Shown in pieces: positions 50,314-59,335 of a DNA stretch of 64,000 nucleotides. The DNA comes from an uncultured Candidatus Saccharibacteria bacterium. GTDB lineage: Bacteria > Patescibacteriota > UBA1384 > CAILIB01 > JAUSJZ01. Where the stretch lies: the NCBI GenBank assembly GCA_964421635.1, contig CAYQWZ010000006.1:165-64164 (forward strand), written 5' to 3'. Every line of letters starts with the position of its first letter. The first letter of the stretch is position 1. The notes under the pieces are model-generated. The model made no database searches, had not been told where the DNA came from, and saw only the letters and a program-made list of their open reading frames with translations. The position numbers and the translations under genes are program-made.

Positions 50314-51389
50314 TGTTGTTAAACATTTTAGTTTTTGTAGTGGTTTTAGGGGTCTTAATTCTGGTTCATGAATTAGGCCATTTTTTTGCGGCCAAAGCAG
50401 TGGGCATAAAAGTTGAAGAGTTCGGCGTTGGCTATTCTCCTAGACTTTGGTCGTTCAAAAAAAGCGATACGGTATACTCCCTAAACTGGATTCCCTTCGG
50501 TGGCTTTGTCAAATTGAAGGGAATGTTCGCGGAAGGCACTAGTAAAGCCAAAGACTCGTTCTCCGAAGCATCTGTTTGGGCGCGCATATTCGTGATAGTA
50601 GCGGGAGTATTAATGAATTTCGTGCTGGCTTGGGTATTGTTGTTTGGTGGTTATTTAATAGGATTTTCTCCAGCTACTCAAGATTTAGCTGCTTACCCAG
50701 GGGCAAAAGTGGTTAAAGAAGAGATTGTCATTGCTGGGCTACTAAAAGATTCAGCGGCTGCAGTTGCGGGCATAGAAGCTGGAGATATTGTACAAAGTGT
50801 CAATAATATACCAATTACTAAAATTGAAGATTTACAGCAAGCCACTAAGACGCAGGCAGGAGAAACTATTGAGCTTTCAGTAATTCGTTTAGGAGAGGAA
50901 AAAAAATATTCGATAGAGTTGGGGACGAATACTAATGCTCCGCTGGGTGTTGAGCTTTTTCCAACCAGTGTTATTAAACTGCCAATACTGCAAGCAGCCA
51001 AGGCGGCCACACTCGAAACATATGGCATTACCAAAGCCATATTTATAATTTTTGTAGATATTATTAAAGATGTTTTTTCAGAGGGTCAGGTACCAGAAGG
51101 CGTGTCGGGGCCAGTAGGAATTTATCAGGCGACAGCAGCAGCTACTCGAGTTGGCTTTTCGGCCATTATGTCTTTGGTCATAATCCTAACTCTAAACTTG
51201 GCCATTATTAATATTTTGCCGTTCCCGGCGCTCGACGGCGGATATCTTTTTTTCTTAACTTTGGAGGCAATATTTAGACGCAAGATTGTTAAAAATAAAA
51301 TTGAAGCTTATCTGACGACTTTCGGTTTTGTTTTTCTAATTCTGATTTTATTGATAATGACTTTTAGAGATTTTGCTAGATTTGGCTAA
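50313..51389 (+). CDS. rseP: RIP metalloprotease RseP (M50)
   Basis: HELGH, PDZ domain and NILPFPALDGG. Confidence 0.94.
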   Translation: MLLNILVFVVVLGVLILVHELGHFFAAKAVGIKVEEFGVGYSPRLWSFKKSDTVYSLNWIPFGGFVKLKGMFAEGTSKAKDSFSEASVWARIFVIVAGVLMNFVLAWVLLFGGYLIGFSPATQDLAAYPGAKVVKEEIVIAGLLKDSAAAVAGIEAGDIVQSVNNIPITKIEDLQQATKTQAGETIELSVIRLGEEKKYSIELGTNTNAPLGVELFPTSVIKLPILQAAKAATLETYGITKAIFIIFVDIIKDVFSEGQVPEGVSGPVGIYQATAAATRVGFSAIMSLVIILTLNLAIINILPFPALDGGYLFFLTLEAIFRRKIVKNKIEAYLTTFGFVFLILILLIMTFRDFARFG

Positions 51390-51435
51390 CAGGCGGCGAA
51401 TTGTTAGTATGATAATAGATTGAAAAAAAGAAACT

Positions 51436-52863
51436 ATGAGCAAAAATAAAAAGAACATAACACCACAGACAGAGAGTTTTTCGAAGTGGTATCAAGATGT
51501 AGTACGAGAAGCAGATTTGGCCGAAAGTTCAGAAGTTAGAGGCAGTGGCATCGTCAAACCTTATGGTTTCAAAATCTGGAAATTAATAAAAAAACAATTG
51601 GAGAGTCAAATTGAAGCCACGGGCGCAGAAGATGTTTATTTCCCACTGTTAATTCCTATTGCTAATTTAGAGATTGAAAAGAAGCATATAGAAGGATTTT
51701 CCCCAGAATTGGCCGTTGTAACTCATGGTGGTGGAGAAGAGTTGACCAATAAATTAGCCATTAGACCAACCAGTGAGACAGCTATGTATACATCGTATGC
51801 TAAATGGATTCAAGGTTATTCAGACCTGCCTTTGCGTCTAAATCAATGGAATAATGTGATGCGATGGGAGAAACGACCACGAGCATTTTTACGCTGGAGT
51901 GAATTTTTATGGCAAGAAGGGCATTCCGCTTTTGCTACAAAAAAAGAAGCTATTGATGAAGTCTGGCAGATGATAGGTGAATACGAAAAGCTGTATAAAT
52001 ATTTAGCTATTCCTACATTTATTGGCACCAAGTCTGAAGCCGAAAAATTTGCCGGTGCTGAAATGACTGTTAGCGCAGAGGTGATGGCCAGAGATGGAAA
52101 AGCTATTCAGGCGGCGACTAGTCATTATTTGGGTACCAACTTTGCTAAAGCTTTTGGTATTAAATATTCAGACAAAGACGGGAAAAGCCAGTTCGTTCAT
52201 CAGAACAGTTGGGGTTTGTCTTGGCGCTCAGTGGGTGCGGTAATTATGGCTCACGGTGATGATAATGGATTACGCTTGCCACCAAATGTAGCCCCAATTC
52301 AGGTAGTAATTGTGCCTATAGTGAAGGACAATAACGCGGAAGAAATATTGAGTTACTGCCATAAACTCGATGTTCAGCTAAAAGCTTTCAGAACAAAAAT
52401 TGATGAGCGTACAGATTTGAACCCCGGTTTTAAATATAACTATTGGGAAGTAAAAGGTGTACCTGTTCGATTAGAGGTTGGCAGTAAAGAAGTTAAGACT
52501 AATGAAGTGTCAGTCTTTAGAAGAGATACAGCTGAGCGCCAAAATGTAGCAACATCAGAAATTTCGAGTACTGTTAAAAAAACCTTGGCTGATGTGCAAG
52601 ACAATTTGTATCAACAAGCTCAAGAGTTTGCCAGCAGCCACATTCATCGCATTGAAGATGTCTCAGAGATAAAAGAGCAAGTAGGTTTTTTTGAAGCTAG
52701 CTGGTGTGAATCAGAAGAGTCTGAAAAGATGTTGAAAGAGAAATATTCAATCACTTCACGAGTTTTACTAACAAAAGACAAAGAGAGCAAGCCTAAGAAT
52801 AAACAGTGTTTCATTACCAAAAAAGAGGCAAAACACGATTGGCTTTTTGCGCAGAGCTATTAA
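51436..52863 (+). CDS. proS: Proline--tRNA ligase (archaeal/eukaryote-like type)
   Basis: EGFSPE, RPTSET, EFLWQEGH, TSHYLGTNF and C-terminal FAQSY. Confidence 0.96.
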   Translation: MSKNKKNITPQTESFSKWYQDVVREADLAESSEVRGSGIVKPYGFKIWKLIKKQLESQIEATGAEDVYFPLLIPIANLEIEKKHIEGFSPELAVVTHGGGEELTNKLAIRPTSETAMYTSYAKWIQGYSDLPLRLNQWNNVMRWEKRPRAFLRWSEFLWQEGHSAFATKKEAIDEVWQMIGEYEKLYKYLAIPTFIGTKSEAEKFAGAEMTVSAEVMARDGKAIQAATSHYLGTNFAKAFGIKYSDKDGKSQFVHQNSWGLSWRSVGAVIMAHGDDNGLRLPPNVAPIQVVIVPIVKDNNAEEILSYCHKLDVQLKAFRTKIDERTDLNPGFKYNYWEVKGVPVRLEVGSKEVKTNEVSVFRRDTAERQNVATSEISSTVKKTLADVQDNLYQQAQEFASSHIHRIEDVSEIKEQVGFFEASWCESEESEKMLKEKYSITSRVLLTKDKESKPKNKQCFITKKEAKHDWLFAQSY

Positions 52864-52872
52864 GCCTTAAAT

Positions 52873-52977
52873 AAAAAAGAGTCCCAGCGGCGCGCCGCCA
52901 CCGGGACCCTGGGTCGTCGGCACGATTGGCACCAAGCATTATCTGTCGCCCGAGGAGGTGATCCCGCTTGGTAACCG
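52873..52977 (-). ncRNA. Candidate small RNA displaying the 16S anti-SD sequence
   Basis: Minus-strand promoter at 52984-53013; ACCAAGC/GCUUGGU stem enclosing GGGAUCACCUCCUC; a small UCGU/ACGA hairpin; a 14-bp terminator with three G-U pairs plus U6. Confidence 0.65.
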
Positions 52978-52983
52978 TTGATT

Positions 52984-53013
52984 ATAGTATCATTAAAAGC
53001 TAAATTGTGTCAA
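52984..53013 (-). promoter_or_regulatory. Sigma70 promoter of the candidate sRNA
   Basis: TTGACA-N18-TACTAT with extended TG. Confidence 0.7.
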
Positions 53014-53091
53014 TGAGGTAGAAAGTTATTATGGTAATTGTTTTGTAATGATTATGTGTTATTATAGTGTCAAATAATAGCTGGAGTTTGT

Positions 53092-53145
53092 ATGAAGATA
53101 GTAATAAAAAAGAACAGAGGGTGTTCTCTCTGTGTTCCAACATAG
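53092..53145 (+). CDS. Putative RiPP precursor peptide MKIVIKKNRGCSLCVPT
   Basis: GGAG 5 nt before the ATG and an extended -10 TGnTATTAT at 53057-53065. Ends 27 nt upstream of the radical SAM gene. Confidence 0.6.
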   Translation: MKIVIKKNRGCSLCVPT

Positions 53146-53172
53146 CACCTTATTTATTAAGGACATTGTGAT

Positions 53173-54147
53173 ATGAGCGAATGTATTAATATCGCCAATC
53201 CTTATTATGTTCAATTACATCTGTTAGCAGATTGTATTTTTAATTGTTCGTACTGTTATTTAAAGGGATATGATAGAAAAAGCATGCTTTCAAAAAAACA
53301 AATTAATACCTTTCTTAACAAATTTAACAACTACTACCAGGACTTTGGTCTCAGAGTACACATAAATTTGACAGGTGGTGACATATGGCTATATGAAGGT
53401 ATTAGCGAAATATTCTTTTTACTAAAAAAACACAAAGTTGTTCAAGATTTTAGTTTGTTGCTCAATAGTCTATGGCATGAAGATTCTTATAAAATTATCA
53501 AAGACAATAAAAATAGCATATCACTTGTACAGCTAAATATAGATGCGATAAATAATAGAGATAAGGACATTCAATTTTTAAGTAAAGAAAAAATTAGATT
53601 TGTTATTAAAATTCTTCTATCAAATAATGAGCATTATTATATAAAACAACTTAATATTCTTCGCAAATTATTAAGAAAATATCCAGATTTATTAGTTTCT
53701 ATTGATAGAATTTGTCCCACCAATCAGTCTAACAAAAAAATGAGACTTTCAGTAAAAAATTTAAAAAAGAAATTATTGGAGATACGATCAATTGCAAATA
53801 ATGTATTAATCGTTGATGATCCTTTAGTTTCTGCTTTTTTTAATAAAGCAAAATCAGAATCGGAAAAAGGATTTTGGAATGGATGTGTAATCCCAAGCGG
53901 TGGCTTAGCTGTATATCCTAATGGGGAAGTAAAACTCTGTGCACGAATACCCAATTATACTACAGGTTTTACAATAAACAATTTCACTTTAGAACATTAC
54001 ATAGATAGTTTTAGTGAGATTAGAAATCAGCAAATGAAAAATTGTAATAAATGTCCAATATCTGCGCAGTGTCAGGGTGGTTGTCCAGCTACATCTTTTA
54101 TTGACAAAAATATTATTACAAAAGATCATCAATGTTTATATGAGTAA
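53173..54147 (+). CDS. Radical SAM/SPASM-domain protein
   Basis: CIFNCSYC (CxxxCxxC), TGG, and SPASM cysteines GC...GEVKLC...CNKCPISAQCQGGC...C. Confidence 0.92.
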   Translation: MSECINIANPYYVQLHLLADCIFNCSYCYLKGYDRKSMLSKKQINTFLNKFNNYYQDFGLRVHINLTGGDIWLYEGISEIFFLLKKHKVVQDFSLLLNSLWHEDSYKIIKDNKNSISLVQLNIDAINNRDKDIQFLSKEKIRFVIKILLSNNEHYYIKQLNILRKLLRKYPDLLVSIDRICPTNQSNKKMRLSVKNLKKKLLEIRSIANNVLIVDDPLVSAFFNKAKSESEKGFWNGCVIPSGGLAVYPNGEVKLCARIPNYTTGFTINNFTLEHYIDSFSEIRNQQMKNCNKCPISAQCQGGCPATSFIDKNIITKDHQCLYE

Positions 54148-55069
54148 TGAAAATGAAAGGACCAATGAAAACTTGCCTGAAGAAAATAGGTTTGAAGCTA
54201 CAAGGGTAACTTCTTCAGCTGATTTATTGAGAGCAGATTTTCTTTCTGACCAATTAGTTTCATTTCTTACAAATACCACAAAAAGATATTCTCTTTCTGT
54301 GGCTGACATTGAATTAGTGATGGATCTATTATATAGACCTGGTACAGAGGTCAATCGGGAGATTGTTCTTGCACTATCAAAAGTGCTTGAATATAGAGAT
54401 GATTTTTCACCGGAGGGAATGGACCAAGACTATTTAGCAAATTTGCATTTGAATAGAAAATTTAGATATCGTCCTCATTATTATCATTTTAGACAACACT
54501 CAGCTTACACATGTGGTATAGTTTGTTATCTAATGGCTGCGAATGTTCATACATCAGAATTAGTGCCATCAAAGCGTCAAGAAAGAACTCTTTATAATGA
54601 ATTAGCCGATGAAGAAGGTCTTGTATCTACGATTGCTCTAATGAGAGATGCTGCGTCGAGAGGCTTATACGTTCGAGCGTGTTCTGATAATAATTATTTA
54701 GATATTGAAATGGATGATGAAAGGGCAGAATCTCTGAGAAGATCATTTGTCGCTTTATTAGAATCACCAGATGGTCAATCTTTCGTTCGGTATTCTCCTT
54801 CTGTAGATCTTAATGCTGATTATATTCGCGATCAACTGTATCGAGGCGAGATGATGTTAATGAATGGCACAGTTGGTGGAAATATTCCTCATATGAGACT
54901 TGTCGGCGGTTATCATGGTGAATCGATGTTAGTATCAGATCCCTTAGAAAATCGAATACAGCCTCAACAAACGGAAATTTTAGAAGCAAATATTCAAGCT
55001 CCATTGGGAAAATTCGGCTTTAGTGTCTCAAGCAAACCTTTCAATTTTTATGGAGATCAAGAAATATGA
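54140..55069 (+). CDS. Peptidase C39-like (papain-fold) protein with an N-terminal extension
   Basis: QHSAYTCG (Q-x5-C), PHMRLVGGY (His) and VSDP (Asp). ATG 54140 overlaps the radical SAM stop. Confidence 0.75.
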   Translation: MSNENERTNENLPEENRFEATRVTSSADLLRADFLSDQLVSFLTNTTKRYSLSVADIELVMDLLYRPGTEVNREIVLALSKVLEYRDDFSPEGMDQDYLANLHLNRKFRYRPHYYHFRQHSAYTCGIVCYLMAANVHTSELVPSKRQERTLYNELADEEGLVSTIALMRDAASRGLYVRACSDNNYLDIEMDDERAESLRRSFVALLESPDGQSFVRYSPSVDLNADYIRDQLYRGEMMLMNGTVGGNIPHMRLVGGYHGESMLVSDPLENRIQPQQTEILEANIQAPLGKFGFSVSSKPFNFYGDQEI

Positions 55070-56130
55070 GTGAATACTTAAGGGCAAATGTTGCCGAAGT
55101 ATTTACTGGTGAAGAAGAGGTATCTTCAATGGACAACGAAAATCTGACCATTACCGAATCACATGGGCTAGATTTTGATTTTGGGCATCTGGGATCAAAT
55201 GTATTACAAGTTATGAGTGGTCTTAATATTCGATATGACTATTTAAACCCAGAACTAGAATTAACACTTGGTCAGATACAAGAAGAAATAGTATTCCCGA
55301 TATTACAAGAAAGAATTAGAAACAAGGAAAATCCTTTAGTATTGAAAGAACAAATTGATGCAGTCGCAGCAGTATTAGATCCACGATTAATGCCCGCAAG
55401 TTCTTTTGTTGAATTAATGCATTCTGTCTATCGAAGAAAAATAGTAAATCAACAACAAATGAGTTTATTGTTAAGCGGGTGCATTGACAATGCCTTTGAT
55501 GAAGATCAACTTCAAAGAGCAGGAGACCTCTTAGCTGAATCTGAAAGTGTTGAGCCATATTTTTTTGCTATTTCACAAAGAATGAAGGATTTTATTGATT
55601 TTGCTCTAAATAATATTTCTGAGAGATATCAATTGTATGAAGAAGATGAGCTGCTTCTTTCTTCTCCTGCTCAGGCTTCTTTTTACACGCTTAGAATGTT
55701 GGATCATAGAGAAGCAGTACTTGTTAGTAGAGGGTTAATGGTTGGCACAGAATTATCGGTCGAAGATCATGTTGAAATATTGGCCAATCGTTATTATAAC
55801 GGGTCATTATCTAGGGCAAGAAAAGCAATTGAAAATGAAAGGGATATCAATGTTAATGTAGTCGGTTTTGAAGCAATGAAGGAAGGGGTACATCAGTGGT
55901 GGTTAAGAAAATTTTATTACTTACAGTCTAGAAAATTGTATGGTGCATTAGATGTTGACGAATTATTATTTTTCGATAATACTGTTGACAAATTTTTTCA
56001 GTCGAAGAATTGTCTTATGCATGATATTTTTTTAAGGGCAAAAATGGAAGAGATACCCAAAAAAAACTGGTCTCAATGTGATACTGCTGAAATGAGAGAA
56101 AAAGTTCGTAATGTTATCAATAATTTGTAA
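55066..56130 (+). CDS. Hypothetical helical acidic protein of the radical SAM cluster
   Basis: 354 aa; ATGA overlap with the peptidase gene. Confidence 0.7.
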   Translation: MSEYLRANVAEVFTGEEEVSSMDNENLTITESHGLDFDFGHLGSNVLQVMSGLNIRYDYLNPELELTLGQIQEEIVFPILQERIRNKENPLVLKEQIDAVAAVLDPRLMPASSFVELMHSVYRRKIVNQQQMSLLLSGCIDNAFDEDQLQRAGDLLAESESVEPYFFAISQRMKDFIDFALNNISERYQLYEEDELLLSSPAQASFYTLRMLDHREAVLVSRGLMVGTELSVEDHVEILANRYYNGSLSRARKAIENERDINVNVVGFEAMKEGVHQWWLRKFYYLQSRKLYGALDVDELLFFDNTVDKFFQSKNCLMHDIFLRAKMEEIPKKNWSQCDTAEMREKVRNVINNL

Positions 56131-56196
56131 TAGCATTAAAAACTTGACAATTACTCAATAATCCGTTTTAGTTACCTAAAATAAGCAAATATCACG

Positions 56197-56865
56197 ATGA
56201 CAGCCTTAGTTGTTGAAGACGACAGAGATATCGCTACATTTATTGAGAAGGGGTTGAAGTTAGAAGGATTTGTTACGCAGCTAGCTTTCGATGGTGAAGA
56301 GGCGTTGGACTTAATTGAAAGTAACGATTACGACATAGTAATTTTAGATTTAATGCTGCCTAAACTTAAGGGAGAGAAGGTGCTAAGCACTGTTAGAGAG
56401 GCAGGTATTAATGTTCCAATAATTGTGCTAACAGCCAAGACAGAGACTAATTCAAAAGTTAATGCCCTAGACCAAGGGGCCGACGATTATCTAACTAAGC
56501 CTTTTGCTTTTGAAGAATTAATGGCGCGCATTCGAGCTCTGACTCGTCGCGGCAATCAGCTACAACCAAACATTTTACAGGTAGGTGAGTTAGAGCTTAA
56601 TCCGGCGACGCGAGAAGTGAAGCGGGCAGGAAAAATTTTAGAGCTGACCAAAAAAGAGTACGCCATAGTGGAGTTATTGATGCGAAATACTGAGCGAGTT
56701 TGTACCCGTAGCATGATAGGTGAGCATGTTTGGGGTTTTGAATTCGATATGATGAGCAATGTGATAGATGTGCATATCGCTCGTTTGCGTCGTAAGGTTG
56801 ATAAAGGATTTTCAAAAAAAATGGTTCGTACTATTCGTGATGTCGGATACCGATTGCAGGTCTAA
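56197..56865 (+). CDS. OmpR-family response regulator (no adjacent kinase)
   Basis: VVEDD, LDLMLP, GADDYLTKPF, NVIDVHI and TIRDVGY. Confidence 0.93.
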   Translation: MTALVVEDDRDIATFIEKGLKLEGFVTQLAFDGEEALDLIESNDYDIVILDLMLPKLKGEKVLSTVREAGINVPIIVLTAKTETNSKVNALDQGADDYLTKPFAFEELMARIRALTRRGNQLQPNILQVGELELNPATREVKRAGKILELTKKEYAIVELLMRNTERVCTRSMIGEHVWGFEFDMMSNVIDVHIARLRRKVDKGFSKKMVRTIRDVGYRLQV

Positions 56866-56934
56866 CTGTATTACCTACTAAACTAGTTGGTCAATGTCAT
56901 CTGGTTGTAATTTATTTTTGTCATAATGTATTTA

Positions 56935-57078
56935 ATGATGACTAGACTCCGGGGCGCAAAAGCTGCCAGCAAGCCAAAAGGTCCCGAAGACAAAAAGATT
57001 CATGACCTCAAGGGTCTGAAAATGCGCAAAGGGGAAAAAAGACGAAAGGATTATTTTCCCCAGTATAGAGGTGGTTGA
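56935..57078 (+). CDS. Uncalled 47-aa basic peptide ending YRGG
   Basis: ATG 7 nt after TG-T-CATAAT. Translation: MMTRLRGAKAASKPKGPEDKKIHDLKGLKMRKGEKRRKDYFPQYRGG. A hairpin follows. Confidence 0.45.
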   Translation: MMTRLRGAKAASKPKGPEDKKIHDLKGLKMRKGEKRRKDYFPQYRGG

Positions 57079-57182
57079 AACCATCTTGTAAGCTGACCAG
57101 GCAATAATGAAAATTAATCTGTTTGCCTGGCAGTTTATTTGTTCTATTAACAAATCCTCTAATCTGTGAGAAGTTGCTTTTA

Positions 57183-58556
57183 ATGCTCAAGAAAGATTTA
57201 GCTAAATTTGTCAAGCCCCTATCTTCGAATCCTGGTGTTTATATTTTTAGAAATAAAGCGGGTAAAGTTTTGTATGTGGGAAAAGCGGTCAAATTAAAGG
57301 AGCGAGTAAAAAGCTACGCTGACCCCAAAGAGCGAGGGCCAAAAATTTTGAGAATGATGCAACAGGCCAGTACTGTGAAGGTGGAAGAGACAGATTCAGA
57401 GATCGAAGCTATTATTTTAGAGGCCAATATTATTCGGAAACTTAAGCCGCCGTATAATACTTTAGGAAAAGATGATAAAAGCGCCAATTATATAAAAATT
57501 ACTTGGAGCGAAGAGTATCCTCGGGTACAGCTATTGCGGGGGAGAGTAATAGAGTCGGGACAAGATAAGAAGACAAACGAGAAAAGCAAAAAACAAGATA
57601 AAATCTTTGGCCCATATGTAGCTATTGGTATGTGTGATGTTTTGCGTATTATTCGTAAAATTTGGCCTCACCGCGACTGTGGCCAATCGAAATTTAATTC
57701 TTATAAAAAGCTCCGCCGCGGCTGTCTGTTTGCCCAAATTGGTCTTTGCGATGCGCCTTGCATTGAGAATATTTCAGCTAAAGAATATCGCCAGCAGATA
57801 AAACAGATTGTAGATTTTCTATCTGGCAAAAAAGTTAAAGTAATTGAAGCTATGAAGCGCGATATGGAAGCGGCTGCAATGCTTGAACGGTACGAAAAGG
57901 CGGCCAAGCTGCGCGATCGCGTTTCTGCACTCGAGCATTTGAAAGAATTTGTCGGGCGAGGAATCTTGCGAGGATTTGAAGAGAATAAAGAAAAAATTCG
58001 ACAAGGCATTAAAGTCGAAGCTTATGATATTAGTAATATGCAGGGCGATTACGCGGTAGGAGTAATGGTCAGCGCATCTATTATTTCGCAGGAAGATAAA
58101 ATTATGCCAGCCGATGTGGTCTTTACTAAAGAGAATTATAAAAAATTCAAAATTAAAACTGTTAAAGGGACCAACGATGTAGCTATGTTAGATGAAGTTT
58201 TGCGGCGGCGCTTCTCTCGGGCACGAGTCAGTCGCGCCGCCGCTTTAGGGGCAGAGCGCGGAATGGGTGAGTGGGAATTACCAGACTTAATTATTTTAGA
58301 TGGGGGCGAAGGACAGCTGTCGCGGGTTAGGGCGACGGCTAAAGGAATGGGTATAAAAGTGCCAATAATCGCTGTTTCAAAAGGCCAAACTCGCAAGCGA
58401 GTAGATTTACATATGCGAGCGCAAGATAAAATTAAGATAAAATATTCCAATCGACAGTTGAAAAAAATTGCTCTTACTATGCGAGAAGAGGCTCACCGAT
58501 TTGCAATCTCATATTATAGAAAAACGCATCGGCGTAGTTTACGCTCTTCATTTTAG
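57183..58556 (+). CDS. uvrC: Excinuclease UvrC-like protein lacking the C-terminal HhH domain
   Basis: GIY-YIG (PGVY...YVGKA), UVR coil, EAYDIS, LIILDGG and REEAHRFA; the protein ends shortly afterwards. Confidence 0.88.
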   Translation: MLKKDLAKFVKPLSSNPGVYIFRNKAGKVLYVGKAVKLKERVKSYADPKERGPKILRMMQQASTVKVEETDSEIEAIILEANIIRKLKPPYNTLGKDDKSANYIKITWSEEYPRVQLLRGRVIESGQDKKTNEKSKKQDKIFGPYVAIGMCDVLRIIRKIWPHRDCGQSKFNSYKKLRRGCLFAQIGLCDAPCIENISAKEYRQQIKQIVDFLSGKKVKVIEAMKRDMEAAAMLERYEKAAKLRDRVSALEHLKEFVGRGILRGFEENKEKIRQGIKVEAYDISNMQGDYAVGVMVSASIISQEDKIMPADVVFTKENYKKFKIKTVKGTNDVAMLDEVLRRRFSRARVSRAAALGAERGMGEWELPDLIILDGGEGQLSRVRATAKGMGIKVPIIAVSKGQTRKRVDLHMRAQDKIKIKYSNRQLKKIALTMREEAHRFAISYYRKTHRRSLRSSF

Positions 58557-58581
58557 GCGCCAACTCTTCTAATATAGAAGT

Positions 58582-59334
58582 ATGAAACGGAATGTTTTAG
58601 TTGTTGCTAATTGGAAAAATAATACTACTCTTTCAGATGCTCATGTATTAGCTATGGGGGTCAGGAATGAAATCGAGCACCTCGATGGTGTTAAGGTTGT
58701 GCTTTGTCCGCCAGCTGTTTGGGTGACTGAAGTGAGAAACATTGTGCACGATCAAATTCATCACATGGGAGTAGGATTACAAGATATCTCAGCTGAGCAA
58801 CCGGGGCCAACTACAGGAGAAATTGCAGCAGACTTGGTGGAAAGCTTAATCGATTACGCAATTATTGGTCATTCTGAAACTCTTAAACTCCACAATTACG
58901 ATGTAGAGACAATTTCGGAAAAAATCCATTCGGCCTTGGCATCTAAAATTACGCCTATTATTTGTGTGGGCGAAAAGTCACAATCCTCAAGCTCTCGTCA
59001 TTCGCTGGCTCGTAAACTAGATTCATATTTGAAAGGAGTATCAGCGGAGAAGCGGTCAAAGTGTATTATTGCTTATGAGCCAATTTGGGCAATATCTGGG
59101 GGCTCAAAAAAATCACGACGCGCAGCTTCGGCCGAGTATGTCAACGATGTAGCAGTCCAGCTTAAGAAAGTGGTACCAGCTAATACCCGAGTTTTATATG
59201 GTGGCAGTGTTAGTGCTGAGAATATATTACAGTTTATAGCGCAGCCAGAAATTGATGGAGTTTTAGTTGGTGGCGCATCCCTTCATTTAAGAGAATTCAC
59301 TACATTAGTAAAAAACGCTGCGCGAGGCTCCTGA
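58582..59334 (+). CDS. tpiA: Triosephosphate isomerase
   Basis: ANWK, GHSE, AYEPIWAI, YGGSV and LVGGASL. Confidence 0.93.
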   Translation: MKRNVLVVANWKNNTTLSDAHVLAMGVRNEIEHLDGVKVVLCPPAVWVTEVRNIVHDQIHHMGVGLQDISAEQPGPTTGEIAADLVESLIDYAIIGHSETLKLHNYDVETISEKIHSALASKITPIICVGEKSQSSSSRHSLARKLDSYLKGVSAEKRSKCIIAYEPIWAISGGSKKSRRAASAEYVNDVAVQLKKVVPANTRVLYGGSVSAENILQFIAQPEIDGVLVGGASLHLREFTTLVKNAARGS

Positions 59335-59335
59335 A

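Noticed and set aside
52873-52977. SRP RNA, tRNA, riboswitch or 16S fragment as identity of the small RNA
   Set aside because: It has no SRP CAGG/GGAA/AGCA motif and no cloverleaf. No same-strand gene lies downstream, and similarity to 16S is limited to the 12-nt tail.
52953-53003. Plus-strand SD AGGAGGTGAT with an 11-codon TTG ORF (LVTVDYSIIKS)
   Set aside because: The start codon is weak, the ORF overlaps the minus-strand promoter, and hairpin G-U pairs favour the minus strand. It is kept only as an alternative explanation.
58218-58272. GC-rich in-frame insertion in uvrC (and similarly in pcrA near 2950-3040) as a palindromic mobile repeat
   Set aside because: No clean inverted repeat and no second copy in the window.
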